This document shows positions 42,393-52,128 of a stretch of DNA of 53,698 bases, piece by piece. Location of the stretch: sequence record SRR31156797_365. The stretch is one strand, 5' to 3'. The translations under genes and the position numbers were made by a program. Under the pieces are notes generated by a model, which made no database searches, was not told the origin of the DNA, and was given only the letters and a program-made list of their open reading frames with translations. The stretch's first letter is position 1, and the number at the start of each line of letters is the position of its first letter.

Positions 42393-45300
42393 TTATCTGA
42401 TCACAATTTTATGTGTGGTGCTGTTTGATTCAGGATCAACAATCCTGGCAAAATAAATGCCCGGCGTTAGGTTCGTAAGGTCGATGGTTATGATATTGCT
42501 TTCGGGGCTAACCTGATACATAACCTGCCCGGTCATCGAGTAAATCTCAAGATTTTGAATGGCCTGGGCAGACTCAAGATTAAAAATTCCATTCCCTGGA
42601 TTCGGAAAGATTTCAACTTTTGCTTTTTCCGCTTCTTCGATACCAGTATTAACAATGGTCTGTACCAGCACATTATCAACTTCCCAGGTTGCAGATTCTT
42701 CATCAGTTGAATAATATACAAAGGCAATATTCACATTGCCAAGATTTTCAGGAATCTCAATAACTCCTGAATTTGTCCACTCAAAGAAAGATCCTTCTTC
42801 AGGCCAGATTGCCTGGTCTGTCAGGTCAATCCAGGTAGCTGTGGCAGGATCGCCATCATAATCTTCCGAAATTTTCACCTCCATGGGCAAACCGGTATAT
42901 CCCACCGCAGAATAGAAAATCAATTCCCTGCTGTAAAAATTGCTTTCAAAGAATATATCCGGAGAAATCAGCCAGTCTTCATTTTCATAGGATTGCTGAT
43001 CATATCCACTCATCTTGGCACAGGGTGTGTCTTCTATGCCAAAGTTGTTATCACGGTCCCAAACCTGATCGCCGGTAACTGAAAATTGTTCCCACTCTTC
43101 CCAGCTTTCATCAAAGGTTGTATAAAGAAGTTGTAAATATGGGTTTTCTTCGGTGCTTGCACTGGCTGCAGGATGCGTACCATCTGTTTTATAATCGATC
43201 AATGTTCCGGAATTGGTGTATGGGAAAATCTTGAAATAGTAGGTTGTGTTTTCTTCCAAACCTGAGAATGTGTATGTTTCAACACCATAGGCAATGTTCA
43301 TAAATGCCTGCCCATCTGAGAGGTCAGGATCGTCGGCTACCGGAACGCCATCCACAGGGGCAACCACTGCATTCTGAATGTTGGCTTTGATAAGATAGGC
43401 TGCGGGTAAAACTTCACCAACTGCGTCATCCCAGGAGAGTACAATGCTTTGCATTTCACCGGTGGCGGAAAAGTTGGTTGGATAATTGGTTGGCTCTGGT
43501 GTAAGTTCTGCTTCGGTTACTTCAATGTTATCCAACTCCCAGTTTGCTGATTCTTCAGCAGTTGAGAAAAACTGGAACCCGATGTAAACGCTGGCATTTC
43601 CTGAAAACTGTGAAAGGGAAATCAATCCCGATTCTGTCCAGGTAAATCCTCCTGATGACCAGTTCACCTGTCCGGTGAGGGTAGTCCAATCGAAGTCGTT
43701 TGGATTGCCCGATCCATCGTAATTTGTTGAAACCCTGAGTTCAAGCTGAGGTCCGGTATAATTCATGGCTGAGAAAAAGCTAAGCGCTTCGTTGGTGGTG
43801 GATGAAAAATCCAGCGCCGGTGAGATCAGCCAGTCTTCATTTTCAAAGTTTCCACTTTGATAACCACTCATCAGGGCACATGGTGTGTCTTCAAGTCCGT
43901 AGGTGTTGTCGCGGCTCCAAACCTGGTCGCCCACCAGACTAACAGAAGTCCATCCACCCCAGTCCTCATTGAAATCAGTAAAAAGCAAAGAGGTCAGTTG
44001 GACCGTTGTGGCTTCAGCTTCAGGAGCTGTTCCATCTGTTTTGTAATCGATGTACGCACCGGCGTTGGTGTACGGGTAAATGGTGAAGTAGTATGTTGTG
44101 TTGCCCATGAGGTCTTCGAAGCTACACGCCTGTGAACCGAATGCAACATTCAACACTCCATACCCATCGCTAAGATCAGGATCACTGGCAACCTGTGTTC
44201 CGTCTACCGGAACATCAAAGCTGCCATCTTCTGAACCAATCACAACATAGCCGGCCGGCAATTGTGCTCCGGAAGCATCTATCCATGAGAGATCGATATC
44301 CTGTCCTTCGGCCATTGCAGTGAAGTCTGTCGGGTAGTTTGTAGGCTCAGGATCCGGAGTGTATTCGCCTTCACCGGTGATCATCACATTTTCAACCTCC
44401 CAGGTTGAAGCATCCTGATCGTCGCAATAATAGACGAATGCCACGTATACGTTCTCACCATCAAACACTGAAACATCCATATCCTCTGAATAGGTCCAAA
44501 CCCAGTTTTGGCCACCATCGGGCAACACGGGTTCAAGATCGGTCCATGTTGAAGTATTTGGATCGGGGCCACCATCATAATCTGTTGAAATGCGTACACC
44601 AAAAACTTCGTTGGCTGTGATATATCCTACGGCTGACCAAAAGGAGAACACTTCATTATCGTAGTTGCTAAAATTCATGGCTGGCGAAATCAGCCAGTCT
44701 TCATTGGGATAAACCGTTCCACTTACAAAGCCGGTCATCTGGGCACAAGCAGTCCCTTCAAGGCCATAGTTGTTATCGTTGGTCCAAACTTCATCACCTG
44801 CCACACTAACCAGGCTCCATTCACCGAAACTCTCATCAAAATTCTGTTCTTCGATAACCACTACATCAGAGGTTTGGGCCTCTGCAGAAGGTGGCGTTCC
44901 ATCGGTTTTGTAATCCACATTCGCCCCTGAGTTGCTGTATGGGAAAATTTTGAAGTAATAACTTGTTGAGCCTTCCAGATTGGCAAAACTGAATGACTCC
45001 ACACCAAAGGCTACATTGGCAGCCCCGGTTCCATCGGAAAGATCCAGATCATCGGGAACAAAAGTGCCGTCTTCAGGTAAAGTAATATTGTCGTCGGTGC
45101 TTGCCTTAATCAGGTAGCCTGCCGGCAGCTGGCTGCCCACAGCATCCATCCACGAAAGTGAAACGCTCAATCCGAGGGCGTCTGCTGAAAAATCTGTGGG
45201 ATAATTGTCGGGTTCCGGGTCCAGGCCGGGCCAGTCTTCAAAATCACCATTCTCAACTGTTAGCGGGTTGCCGATTGGGGATTCAAAAGTAACGGCATCC

Positions 45301-45749
45301 AGGTACTGAGTTTCTCCGGGTGTAAATCCTGATACATCATAAAACCGAACACCAACAATAACGCCTGTAGCATCAGCAGGCACATCACCTTCAAAGGAAA
45401 ATTCTTCCCAACCACCGGTATTCGGACCGAGGTAGGTGGTGGCATATTGTGTGTTGCCGTTGGACCAAATCAGTTTGGCGCGTGCACGAACAAATTCGCT
45501 GGCGATGCCCCAAAATGACATTTTAAAAGTTTCGCCACCTGTAACCGGGATTTCAACCTCACTGTCAAAGTCACAATCAGCCTGTGTGCCTGAATTTACA
45601 ATGACACCGCAGCTAAAGCTGCCTTCATGTACATTTGTAGATTCCTGAAATGGTTCAATGTCGGAATCTGCTACCCAGTTTAGTGGAAGTTGCGCCTGCA
45701 TTGAAAGTGCAAAAAGAACAAGGATAAAAAGCGCTGTATGTTTTTTCAT
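42393..45749 (-). CDS. T9SS type-A cargo 'C' (1118 aa): CBM-like jelly-roll head, three [Fn3-like + cleaved-adhesin/choice-of-anchor-J-like] units, CTD
   Basis: Signal peptide MQA|Q; three PEP.NYPT.F...YYF.I.PY.N.G..DYKTDG; three NEDWLISP...WE(V/L).N; CTD IFPNP...GIYF. Confidence 0.82.
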   Translation of the reverse strand: MKKHTALFILVLFALSMQAQLPLNWVADSDIEPFQESTNVHEGSFSCGVIVNSGTQADCDFDSEVEIPVTGGETFKMSFWGIASEFVRARAKLIWSNGNTQYATTYLGPNTGGWEEFSFEGDVPADATGVIVGVRFYDVSGFTPGETQYLDAVTFESPIGNPLTVENGDFEDWPGLDPEPDNYPTDFSADALGLSVSLSWMDAVGSQLPAGYLIKASTDDNITLPEDGTFVPDDLDLSDGTGAANVAFGVESFSFANLEGSTSYYFKIFPYSNSGANVDYKTDGTPPSAEAQTSDVVVIEEQNFDESFGEWSLVSVAGDEVWTNDNNYGLEGTACAQMTGFVSGTVYPNEDWLISPAMNFSNYDNEVFSFWSAVGYITANEVFGVRISTDYDGGPDPNTSTWTDLEPVLPDGGQNWVWTYSEDMDVSVFDGENVYVAFVYYCDDQDASTWEVENVMITGEGEYTPDPEPTNYPTDFTAMAEGQDIDLSWIDASGAQLPAGYVVIGSEDGSFDVPVDGTQVASDPDLSDGYGVLNVAFGSQACSFEDLMGNTTYYFTIYPYTNAGAYIDYKTDGTAPEAEATTVQLTSLLFTDFNEDWGGWTSVSLVGDQVWSRDNTYGLEDTPCALMSGYQSGNFENEDWLISPALDFSSTTNEALSFFSAMNYTGPQLELRVSTNYDGSGNPNDFDWTTLTGQVNWSSGGFTWTESGLISLSQFSGNASVYIGFQFFSTAEESANWELDNIEVTEAELTPEPTNYPTNFSATGEMQSIVLSWDDAVGEVLPAAYLIKANIQNAVVAPVDGVPVADDPDLSDGQAFMNIAYGVETYTFSGLEENTTYYFKIFPYTNSGTLIDYKTDGTHPAASASTEENPYLQLLYTTFDESWEEWEQFSVTGDQVWDRDNNFGIEDTPCAKMSGYDQQSYENEDWLISPDIFFESNFYSRELIFYSAVGYTGLPMEVKISEDYDGDPATATWIDLTDQAIWPEEGSFFEWTNSGVIEIPENLGNVNIAFVYYSTDEESATWEVDNVLVQTIVNTGIEEAEKAKVEIFPNPGNGIFNLESAQAIQNLEIYSMTGQVMYQVSPESNIITIDLTNLTPGIYFARIVDPESNSTTHKIVIR

Positions 45750-45787
45750 TTGAATATGGTTTGAATATTTTTAATTGTATTATCTGA

Positions 45788-48700
45788 TTATCGTATAACG
45801 ATCCTCCTGCTGAGCACCTGATTGTCGGTGGTTCTGATTCTGGCCACATAAACGCCTTGACCGAGACCACCCAAATCAATCTGACCGGATGATTGATCAA
45901 ATGCAGCATCAATTACCAGCGATCCGGTAATTGTGTAAATTTCGATGGAAGCAACCGCTTCTTCAGCATTAAAGTAAAGCACATCATTGGCCGGGTTTGG
46001 CCAGATGTTGAGGTTTACTGACGGCAGGTTTTCAGGAAGACCAGAACCTTCGCCCAAAACTTTGATGTTATCCACTTCCCAGGTAGCTGCTTCATCAGTA
46101 TTTGAGGTATAAACGAAAGCAATGTAAATGGTTTCGTTGGTGTAAGCTGAAAGATCGATGGTTCCTGATTCCGTCCATTCCCAGAAAGGATCACCAGCCG
46201 GCCAGGTAGCCTGGTCGGAGAGGTTGTCCCACGGGAAATTATTGGGGTCACCAGATCCGTCGTAATCTGTTGATATCAAGAATTGCAATGCCGGGCCTGA
46301 ATAGCCTACAGCCGATGCAAAACTCATGGACTCGTTGCTGGTACCGGTTAGATCAATTGCCGGTGAAATCAGCCAGTCTTCGTTAACATTGGCCTGTCCT
46401 TCAAAACCGCTCATGCGTGCACATGGTGTGCCTTCCACGCCAAAGTTGTTATCGCGATCCCAAACCTGGTCACCCTGGGTGCTTACCGGAGTCCAGTTTT
46501 CCCAGTCCAAATCAAAAGTTGTGAAGAGGATTTCCGGAGCAGCTTCTTCTGTAGTAGCTGAACCTGCCGGAGGAACGCCGTCAGTTTTATAATCGATCAA
46601 AGAACCGGAATTTGTATAAGGTACAATGGCGGCGTAATACATCGTGTTTTCCATTAATCCTGTAAAAGTGTATGTGCCAATACCCGGCATAACATTCTTA
46701 GCGCCCATGCCATCACTCAGGTCGGTGTCGTCGGCAACAGGAGTGCCGTCATCCGGCAGGCTAATGGTTTCATTTTCACTTAACATCAGCAGGTAGCCGT
46801 CAGGAACAACGGCGCCTGTGGCATCGGTCCATGAGGTCATGATGGATTGCTGCATGGCTGCAACCATAAAATTCGTCGGGTAGTTGGTTGGTTCGGGCTG
46901 AGCCTCGGTTTGTGTAACAAGCACATTGTCAATTTCCCAGTTTGCAGCGGCCTGTGTTGTTGAGAAATAGGTAAATGCCAGGTAAATTGTGTTTCCTGTG
47001 TAGGAGGAAAGATCAATGTCCCCTGATTCTGTCCAGGTAAAACTTCCCGGCGACCAGTTTACCATACCCGAAAGGTCGGTCCATATAAAATCGTTGGGGT
47101 TACCGGTTCCGTTATAATCCGTTGATATTTTAAATTCCAGTGCCGGCCCGTCATAGTTCTGTGCTGAGAAAAAGCTTACCGCTTCGTCGGAGGTTCCACT
47201 CAGGTTGAGGGCGGGAGAGATCAGCCAGTCTTCGTTTTCAACAGCACCGCCTGCAAATCCGCTCATCAATGCGCAGGGTGTGTCATCAGGGCCGTATTCA
47301 TTGTCCCTCCTCCAGGTTTGATCACCTACAAGGCTTACCGGTGTCCAACCACCCCAACTGTCGTTGAAATCGGTAAATAAAATATCTGTTGACGTTTCTG
47401 TAGTTGCCTCAGCAGCAGGTGGTGTTCCATCGGTTTTGTAATCAATCAGATTACCTGTATTGGTGTATGGGAAAACCTTGAAATAGTATGTCATGCCGGA
47501 AGTAAGGCCTGAAAAAGATGCAGATTGAATTCCGGGCAAAATATTCAGTGCACCTGAACCATCGCTAAGAGCTGCGTCGTCAGCAACCGGAGTTCCATCT
47601 TCAGGCAACCCGATATTATCCTGATCACTGCCGAGCACCAGGTAACCTGTTGGAGCAGTTTCACCGGTTGCATCTGCCCATGATAGGTTTATGGTAGTTC
47701 CTGAGGTCATCGCAGCAAAACCTGTAGGGTAGTTTGTTGGCTCCGGATTAATAACAGGTTCGCCTTCGCCTGTGATCATTATTTCGTCAACTTCCCAGGT
47801 GGCTGCATCATCTGTGCCGCACCAATACACAAAAGCTACGTGAACATTGTCACCATCAAAAGCTGAGATGTCGAGCTCTTCTGAATATGTCCAAACCCAG
47901 TTGGAGCCTCCATCAGGGAGTGTGGGATCAAGATCGGTCCACGTAAAATCATTGGGGTTGCCGGATCCGTCATAGTCGTTTGAAACCCGAACAGCGAATT
48001 GTTCATCTTGTGTAATGTACCCAACAGCAGAATAAAATGTAAGAATTTCATTTTCATATTCTGTGAAATCCATTGAAGGAGAGATCAGCCAGTCTTCATT
48101 TTCAAACGTTGTTCCGCTTCCACTTTCATATCCTGTTATCTGTGCACATGGCGTCCCGTTAATGCCGTATGTGTTGTCGCGATCCCACATGGCATCACCG
48201 GCAACACTTACAGGAGTCCAGTTTCCGAAAGAAACATCAAAATCCAGTTCTTCAATGATTACAATCTGTGCTATATCAACCATAGCCGCTGGTGGTGTGC
48301 CATCGTTTTTGTAATCTACATTGGTTCCGGAGTTTGTGTAGGGATAAATCTTGAAATAATAAGTCGTTTGTGACTGAAGGCCAGAAAAAGAAAAACCTTC
48401 TTCACCGTAGGCCACGTTGGCCGCGCCTGTGCCATCAGAAAGATCAAGGTCATCTGGCATATAATTTCCATCTTCCGGGTTAACGATGTTATCTTCAATA
48501 CTGGCTTTGATGAGATAGTTATCAGGAAGCTGGCCTCCTGCAGGGTCGATCCACGACAGAACAGCACTTAATCCGGCTGCTGTTGCTTCAAACTCCTCCG
48601 GATAATCTGTTGGCTCCGGTGAAAGGCCCGGCCATGTTTCAAAATCTCCGTTTTCAACAGCCAGCTGTGTTCCGGCGGGCGACTCAAATGTTACATCATC

Positions 48701-49150
48701 AACATACTGAACCTGACCGGGCTCAAAGCCGGAAACATCGTAAAATCGCAGACGGATGTTCAGGGTGGTGGCCCCGTTAGGTACCGTGCCTTCCTGGATA
48801 TATTCTTCCCACCCTGAAGTTGCAGGCCCAACATATGTGCCCGGATACTCCGACCCGGAATCCCAATCAAGGGCTGCTGTAATACGTACATTCTCACTGG
48901 TAAAAGCCCAGAAAGAAACGGTGTAAGAATCTCCTGCGTTAACGGCAATACTTACCTCATTGGTGAAATCGCAGTTACCTTGTGTTTCGGTGTTCACAAC
49001 AACACCAGCGCTATACGTTCCACCGTGTACTTCAGTGCTCTCCTGGAAAATTTCAATCCCTGTGTCGTCACTCCAATTGTCAGGCAGTTGTGCCCTGACA
49101 CCAACCATTGTAAAAATGGCAATCAAAAATAAAATTGTGGTTTTCTTCAT
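45788..49150 (-). CDS. T9SS type-A cargo 'B' (1120 aa): paralog of C with the same architecture
   Basis: Signal peptide VRA|Q; same head and three Fn3-like/NEDWLISP units; CTD IWPNPA...GVYVARI. Confidence 0.82.
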   Translation of the reverse strand: MKKTTILFLIAIFTMVGVRAQLPDNWSDDTGIEIFQESTEVHGGTYSAGVVVNTETQGNCDFTNEVSIAVNAGDSYTVSFWAFTSENVRITAALDWDSGSEYPGTYVGPATSGWEEYIQEGTVPNGATTLNIRLRFYDVSGFEPGQVQYVDDVTFESPAGTQLAVENGDFETWPGLSPEPTDYPEEFEATAAGLSAVLSWIDPAGGQLPDNYLIKASIEDNIVNPEDGNYMPDDLDLSDGTGAANVAYGEEGFSFSGLQSQTTYYFKIYPYTNSGTNVDYKNDGTPPAAMVDIAQIVIIEELDFDVSFGNWTPVSVAGDAMWDRDNTYGINGTPCAQITGYESGSGTTFENEDWLISPSMDFTEYENEILTFYSAVGYITQDEQFAVRVSNDYDGSGNPNDFTWTDLDPTLPDGGSNWVWTYSEELDISAFDGDNVHVAFVYWCGTDDAATWEVDEIMITGEGEPVINPEPTNYPTGFAAMTSGTTINLSWADATGETAPTGYLVLGSDQDNIGLPEDGTPVADDAALSDGSGALNILPGIQSASFSGLTSGMTYYFKVFPYTNTGNLIDYKTDGTPPAAEATTETSTDILFTDFNDSWGGWTPVSLVGDQTWRRDNEYGPDDTPCALMSGFAGGAVENEDWLISPALNLSGTSDEAVSFFSAQNYDGPALEFKISTDYNGTGNPNDFIWTDLSGMVNWSPGSFTWTESGDIDLSSYTGNTIYLAFTYFSTTQAAANWEIDNVLVTQTEAQPEPTNYPTNFMVAAMQQSIMTSWTDATGAVVPDGYLLMLSENETISLPDDGTPVADDTDLSDGMGAKNVMPGIGTYTFTGLMENTMYYAAIVPYTNSGSLIDYKTDGVPPAGSATTEEAAPEILFTTFDLDWENWTPVSTQGDQVWDRDNNFGVEGTPCARMSGFEGQANVNEDWLISPAIDLTGTSNESMSFASAVGYSGPALQFLISTDYDGSGDPNNFPWDNLSDQATWPAGDPFWEWTESGTIDLSAYTNETIYIAFVYTSNTDEAATWEVDNIKVLGEGSGLPENLPSVNLNIWPNPANDVLYFNAEEAVASIEIYTITGSLVIDAAFDQSSGQIDLGGLGQGVYVARIRTTDNQVLSRRIVIR

Positions 49151-49181
49151 AATTTTTTAGTTATTAGATATTTATATTTGT

Positions 49182-51935
49182 TTATTGCTGTATGATCAGT
49201 TTCCTGAAAGAAGTTTCGCAAGAGCCGGTATTTTCGATGCTCAGCAGATAAACTCCCGGTAAAAGTTTTTCGTTAAAATATGTGGTGCCCAAAACGTGTT
49301 GCCTTTCCAGGACTTTAATGCCTGAAATAGCATAAACTGCAATATTCACCGGGGTTTCTGTTCCGGTTTGCAAAGTAAAAATACCATTGTTTGGATTTGG
49401 GAAAATATGATACTCCGGTTTGTTTTGAGATTCAAAAACTTCGGTTGTAACACATGCCCCCCCCGGCGTAGCATAAATCTCAGCCCCGTCGTCATTAACA
49501 GCAGCAAATTCAGCGGAAGCGAGCCAGTTTTCGGGAAGGCTGTTATCGGTATCAGGATCACAAAGGGTTAGTGATGCGCCTTCGCCGTCTGCGATGGTAT
49601 CCCATGGAAGTTGGTCATCGTAAGTGACAACATCCACAAGGTTATCAAAACCATCCATTAATTCAATAGTCTCTCCTCCATTGCTTAAGGCTCCACCATC
49701 CCATTGCCATGCTGCTACCTCAAAAGTGTTTTGCATGGCCATCGAATCAACGGCGACCAATAAATAGGAGGCTGGTTCCAGGATTATATCGGGGAAAACA
49801 AAGTCAATACCATCATTGAAATAAAAACCCTCAAGCAATACCGTGAAATCATCATTATTGTAAATCTCGATAAACTCAAGAGAATCCGTGCCGCTTTCCG
49901 GCGGGTTATACATGATTTCCGTAATCACCAGATCAGGCAACGGCTGAAGATCGATGATTGAAAAAACATTATCGCTTTCATCGGTAACATCCGGGTTTTC
50001 GAGGCTGGTGATTTTAATGGTGTAATCATCTCCAACCGGAGTGGTTTCCGGGATTAACCATTCCCAGGTGTTTAGCGTAACATCCACAGATTCGTCCAGC
50101 ATTGTTGTGCCGCCGGACAGGCTCACCAGCTCGATGGAAATATTCCCATTGAAATCATCGAAACTCCATGTGATTTGATAGGTAAGCTCTTTTTGCAAAA
50201 TTTCGCCACCATTGGGATATGTTACTACAAGGAAGGGTTCTTCAGGATTGTTGATCATACCCGGAGTTCCAAAAGGTACAACGCTGGCTTCCCAGCTTTC
50301 AGGAAGGCTGTTGTCCAGATCCGGATTAATCAGTGATAAAGACGGCCCGTCACCGTCGGCTTCTGTTGGCCAATCACCGCCATCTCCGTACTCCACAAAA
50401 TCAACCACATTTCCATCTCCATCTGAAATTTCCACATTTTCGCCACCATTGCTCAGCGCCGTCCCGTTTTCAAAAGGCCCGGTAAGGTTAGTGATTCCAT
50501 AATAATCCGCAATGGTATCCGGAAGGCGGGCAATCACAAGATAGGCCCCGGCATCCAATGTGACTCCGTCAGCAAAGTTAAAATCGATGCCATCAGAGAA
50601 CGACCATCCACTCAGATCGACTGATTCAGTGTCGTTGTTATAAATTTCAATAAACTCCCAGTAATCGTCATCACCCAATTCCGCGGGTGGGTTGTACATA
50701 ATTTCATTGATTACAATCAGCGGTATCTCGGGTTCTTCATCTATCGAAAATATTCCGCTCAATGCTTCCATTGCCACTGCCTGGCTTGTAAGTCGAATTT
50801 GATAGTCGGTCCCAATGGGGTAATCAGAAGGAATATACCAACTGTAAACCCCGGTGGTTACTGAAACGGTTGCCAGCTCTACCCAGGTAGGATTGCCTGA
50901 TGAGGCATTGCCGGTAACCTCGATCAATACATCACCGCTCAAATTCAATGAAAACCAACCAATGTCAAAAACAACACCACGATACCATGTTACCCCTTCC
51001 TGGGGCGACAAAACCGTTAAGTCAGGTTGAAGTTCCCCGGTTGTTGCCTCAGCAGATGGCGGAACTCCATCGATTTTGTAGTCTACTTCCACTCCGGAGT
51101 TGGTGTACGAATATATTCTGAAATAATAGGTTGTTTCAGGAGGGAGATTCGAAACTACAATCTGTTCCTCACCAAAGGGCACATTTACGGCACCCTCACC
51201 ATCTTGCAGTTCCAGATCATCAATTACAAAGGTTCCATCTGCGGGTGGAATAAATTCATCGTCATCATTTATCAGAATGAGGTATGCATCCGGCAATTGC
51301 CCGCCAATGGCATCTACCCAATCAAGTTGGATTTGCTGGCCGGTTGTGTTTGCTGTAAATTCAGTGGGATAGTTGGTAGGTTCCGGTTGTGCCGCTGGCC
51401 AGTTTTCAAAATATCCATTGGCCACGGTTAATGAGTTCCCCACCGGACTTTCAAATGTAATTTCATCCAGATATTGTGTTTCGGGAGCTGAAAATCCGTT
51501 AACATCGTAGCATCGGACACGCAGATTGACAGCTGTAACATTTTCAGGAACAGTAGCTTCATAAACAAACTCCTCCCAATCTCCGGTACTGGTTGGTCCG
51601 GCATAGTTTGGAGAATACGTGGCATTGCCTTCATTCCAGTCGAGTGCAGCACGCATTCTCACGTGATCGCTGGTGAAATACCAGAATGAGATTTTGAAAG
51701 TTTCGCCTGCTGTTACAGGAATTGAAACCTGGTTGGATAAATCGCAATCTGCCTGTGTGTCGGTGTTTACTTCTATACCACAGCTAAAATCGCCTTCATA
51801 AACAATTTCTGATGATTTGAAAGTTACAATCCCGGTATCATCCTGCCAGTTATCGGGAATCTGAGCATTAACTCCGGTAAACAGGAAAAAAATGAGTGAA
51901 AATGAGATGAGTATTGGAGGATAAAAGTGCTTCAT
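49182..51935 (-). CDS. T9SS type-A cargo 'A' (917 aa): CBM-like head, Fn3-like, two [Kre9-like Ig + LTD] units, CTD
   Basis: ATG at 51935; signal peptide VNA|Q; head homologous to B and C; IVINEIMYNPP and VITEIMYNPP; CTD IFPNPN...GVYLL. Confidence 0.82.
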   Translation of the reverse strand: MKHFYPPILISFSLIFFLFTGVNAQIPDNWQDDTGIVTFKSSEIVYEGDFSCGIEVNTDTQADCDLSNQVSIPVTAGETFKISFWYFTSDHVRMRAALDWNEGNATYSPNYAGPTSTGDWEEFVYEATVPENVTAVNLRVRCYDVNGFSAPETQYLDEITFESPVGNSLTVANGYFENWPAAQPEPTNYPTEFTANTTGQQIQLDWVDAIGGQLPDAYLILINDDDEFIPPADGTFVIDDLELQDGEGAVNVPFGEEQIVVSNLPPETTYYFRIYSYTNSGVEVDYKIDGVPPSAEATTGELQPDLTVLSPQEGVTWYRGVVFDIGWFSLNLSGDVLIEVTGNASSGNPTWVELATVSVTTGVYSWYIPSDYPIGTDYQIRLTSQAVAMEALSGIFSIDEEPEIPLIVINEIMYNPPAELGDDDYWEFIEIYNNDTESVDLSGWSFSDGIDFNFADGVTLDAGAYLVIARLPDTIADYYGITNLTGPFENGTALSNGGENVEISDGDGNVVDFVEYGDGGDWPTEADGDGPSLSLINPDLDNSLPESWEASVVPFGTPGMINNPEEPFLVVTYPNGGEILQKELTYQITWSFDDFNGNISIELVSLSGGTTMLDESVDVTLNTWEWLIPETTPVGDDYTIKITSLENPDVTDESDNVFSIIDLQPLPDLVITEIMYNPPESGTDSLEFIEIYNNDDFTVLLEGFYFNDGIDFVFPDIILEPASYLLVAVDSMAMQNTFEVAAWQWDGGALSNGGETIELMDGFDNLVDVVTYDDQLPWDTIADGEGASLTLCDPDTDNSLPENWLASAEFAAVNDDGAEIYATPGGACVTTEVFESQNKPEYHIFPNPNNGIFTLQTGTETPVNIAVYAISGIKVLERQHVLGTTYFNEKLLPGVYLLSIENTGSCETSFRKLIIQQ

Positions 51936-52078
51936 ATTCCGCAAATTAAATAGTTGACAAAGATGTTAAATAATGGGCTATTTCGCTTGTGAAAGAATTT
52001 AAATTATTGTTAAGAAAAAGGCATTAAAATTAGGAAAAACTAAATACGTGAAAAGCCTATTGTTAACAACTTAAGCAT

Positions 52079-52108
52079 AAAAAAAGCCCCGAAAATTTTC
52101 GGGGCTTT
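52079..52108 (-). terminator. dnaK intrinsic terminator
   Basis: AAAGCCCCGAAAATTTTCGGGGCTTT palindrome with T7 on the minus strand. Confidence 0.88.
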
Positions 52109-52128
52109 CAATATCCAAATTGTGGCTG

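Noticed and set aside
42393-49150. Diversity-generating retroelement or shufflon acting on the repeated cargo genes
   Set aside because: There is no reverse transcriptase or recombinase in the window and no near-identical TR/VR pair differing only at adenines. All genes are co-oriented and complete.
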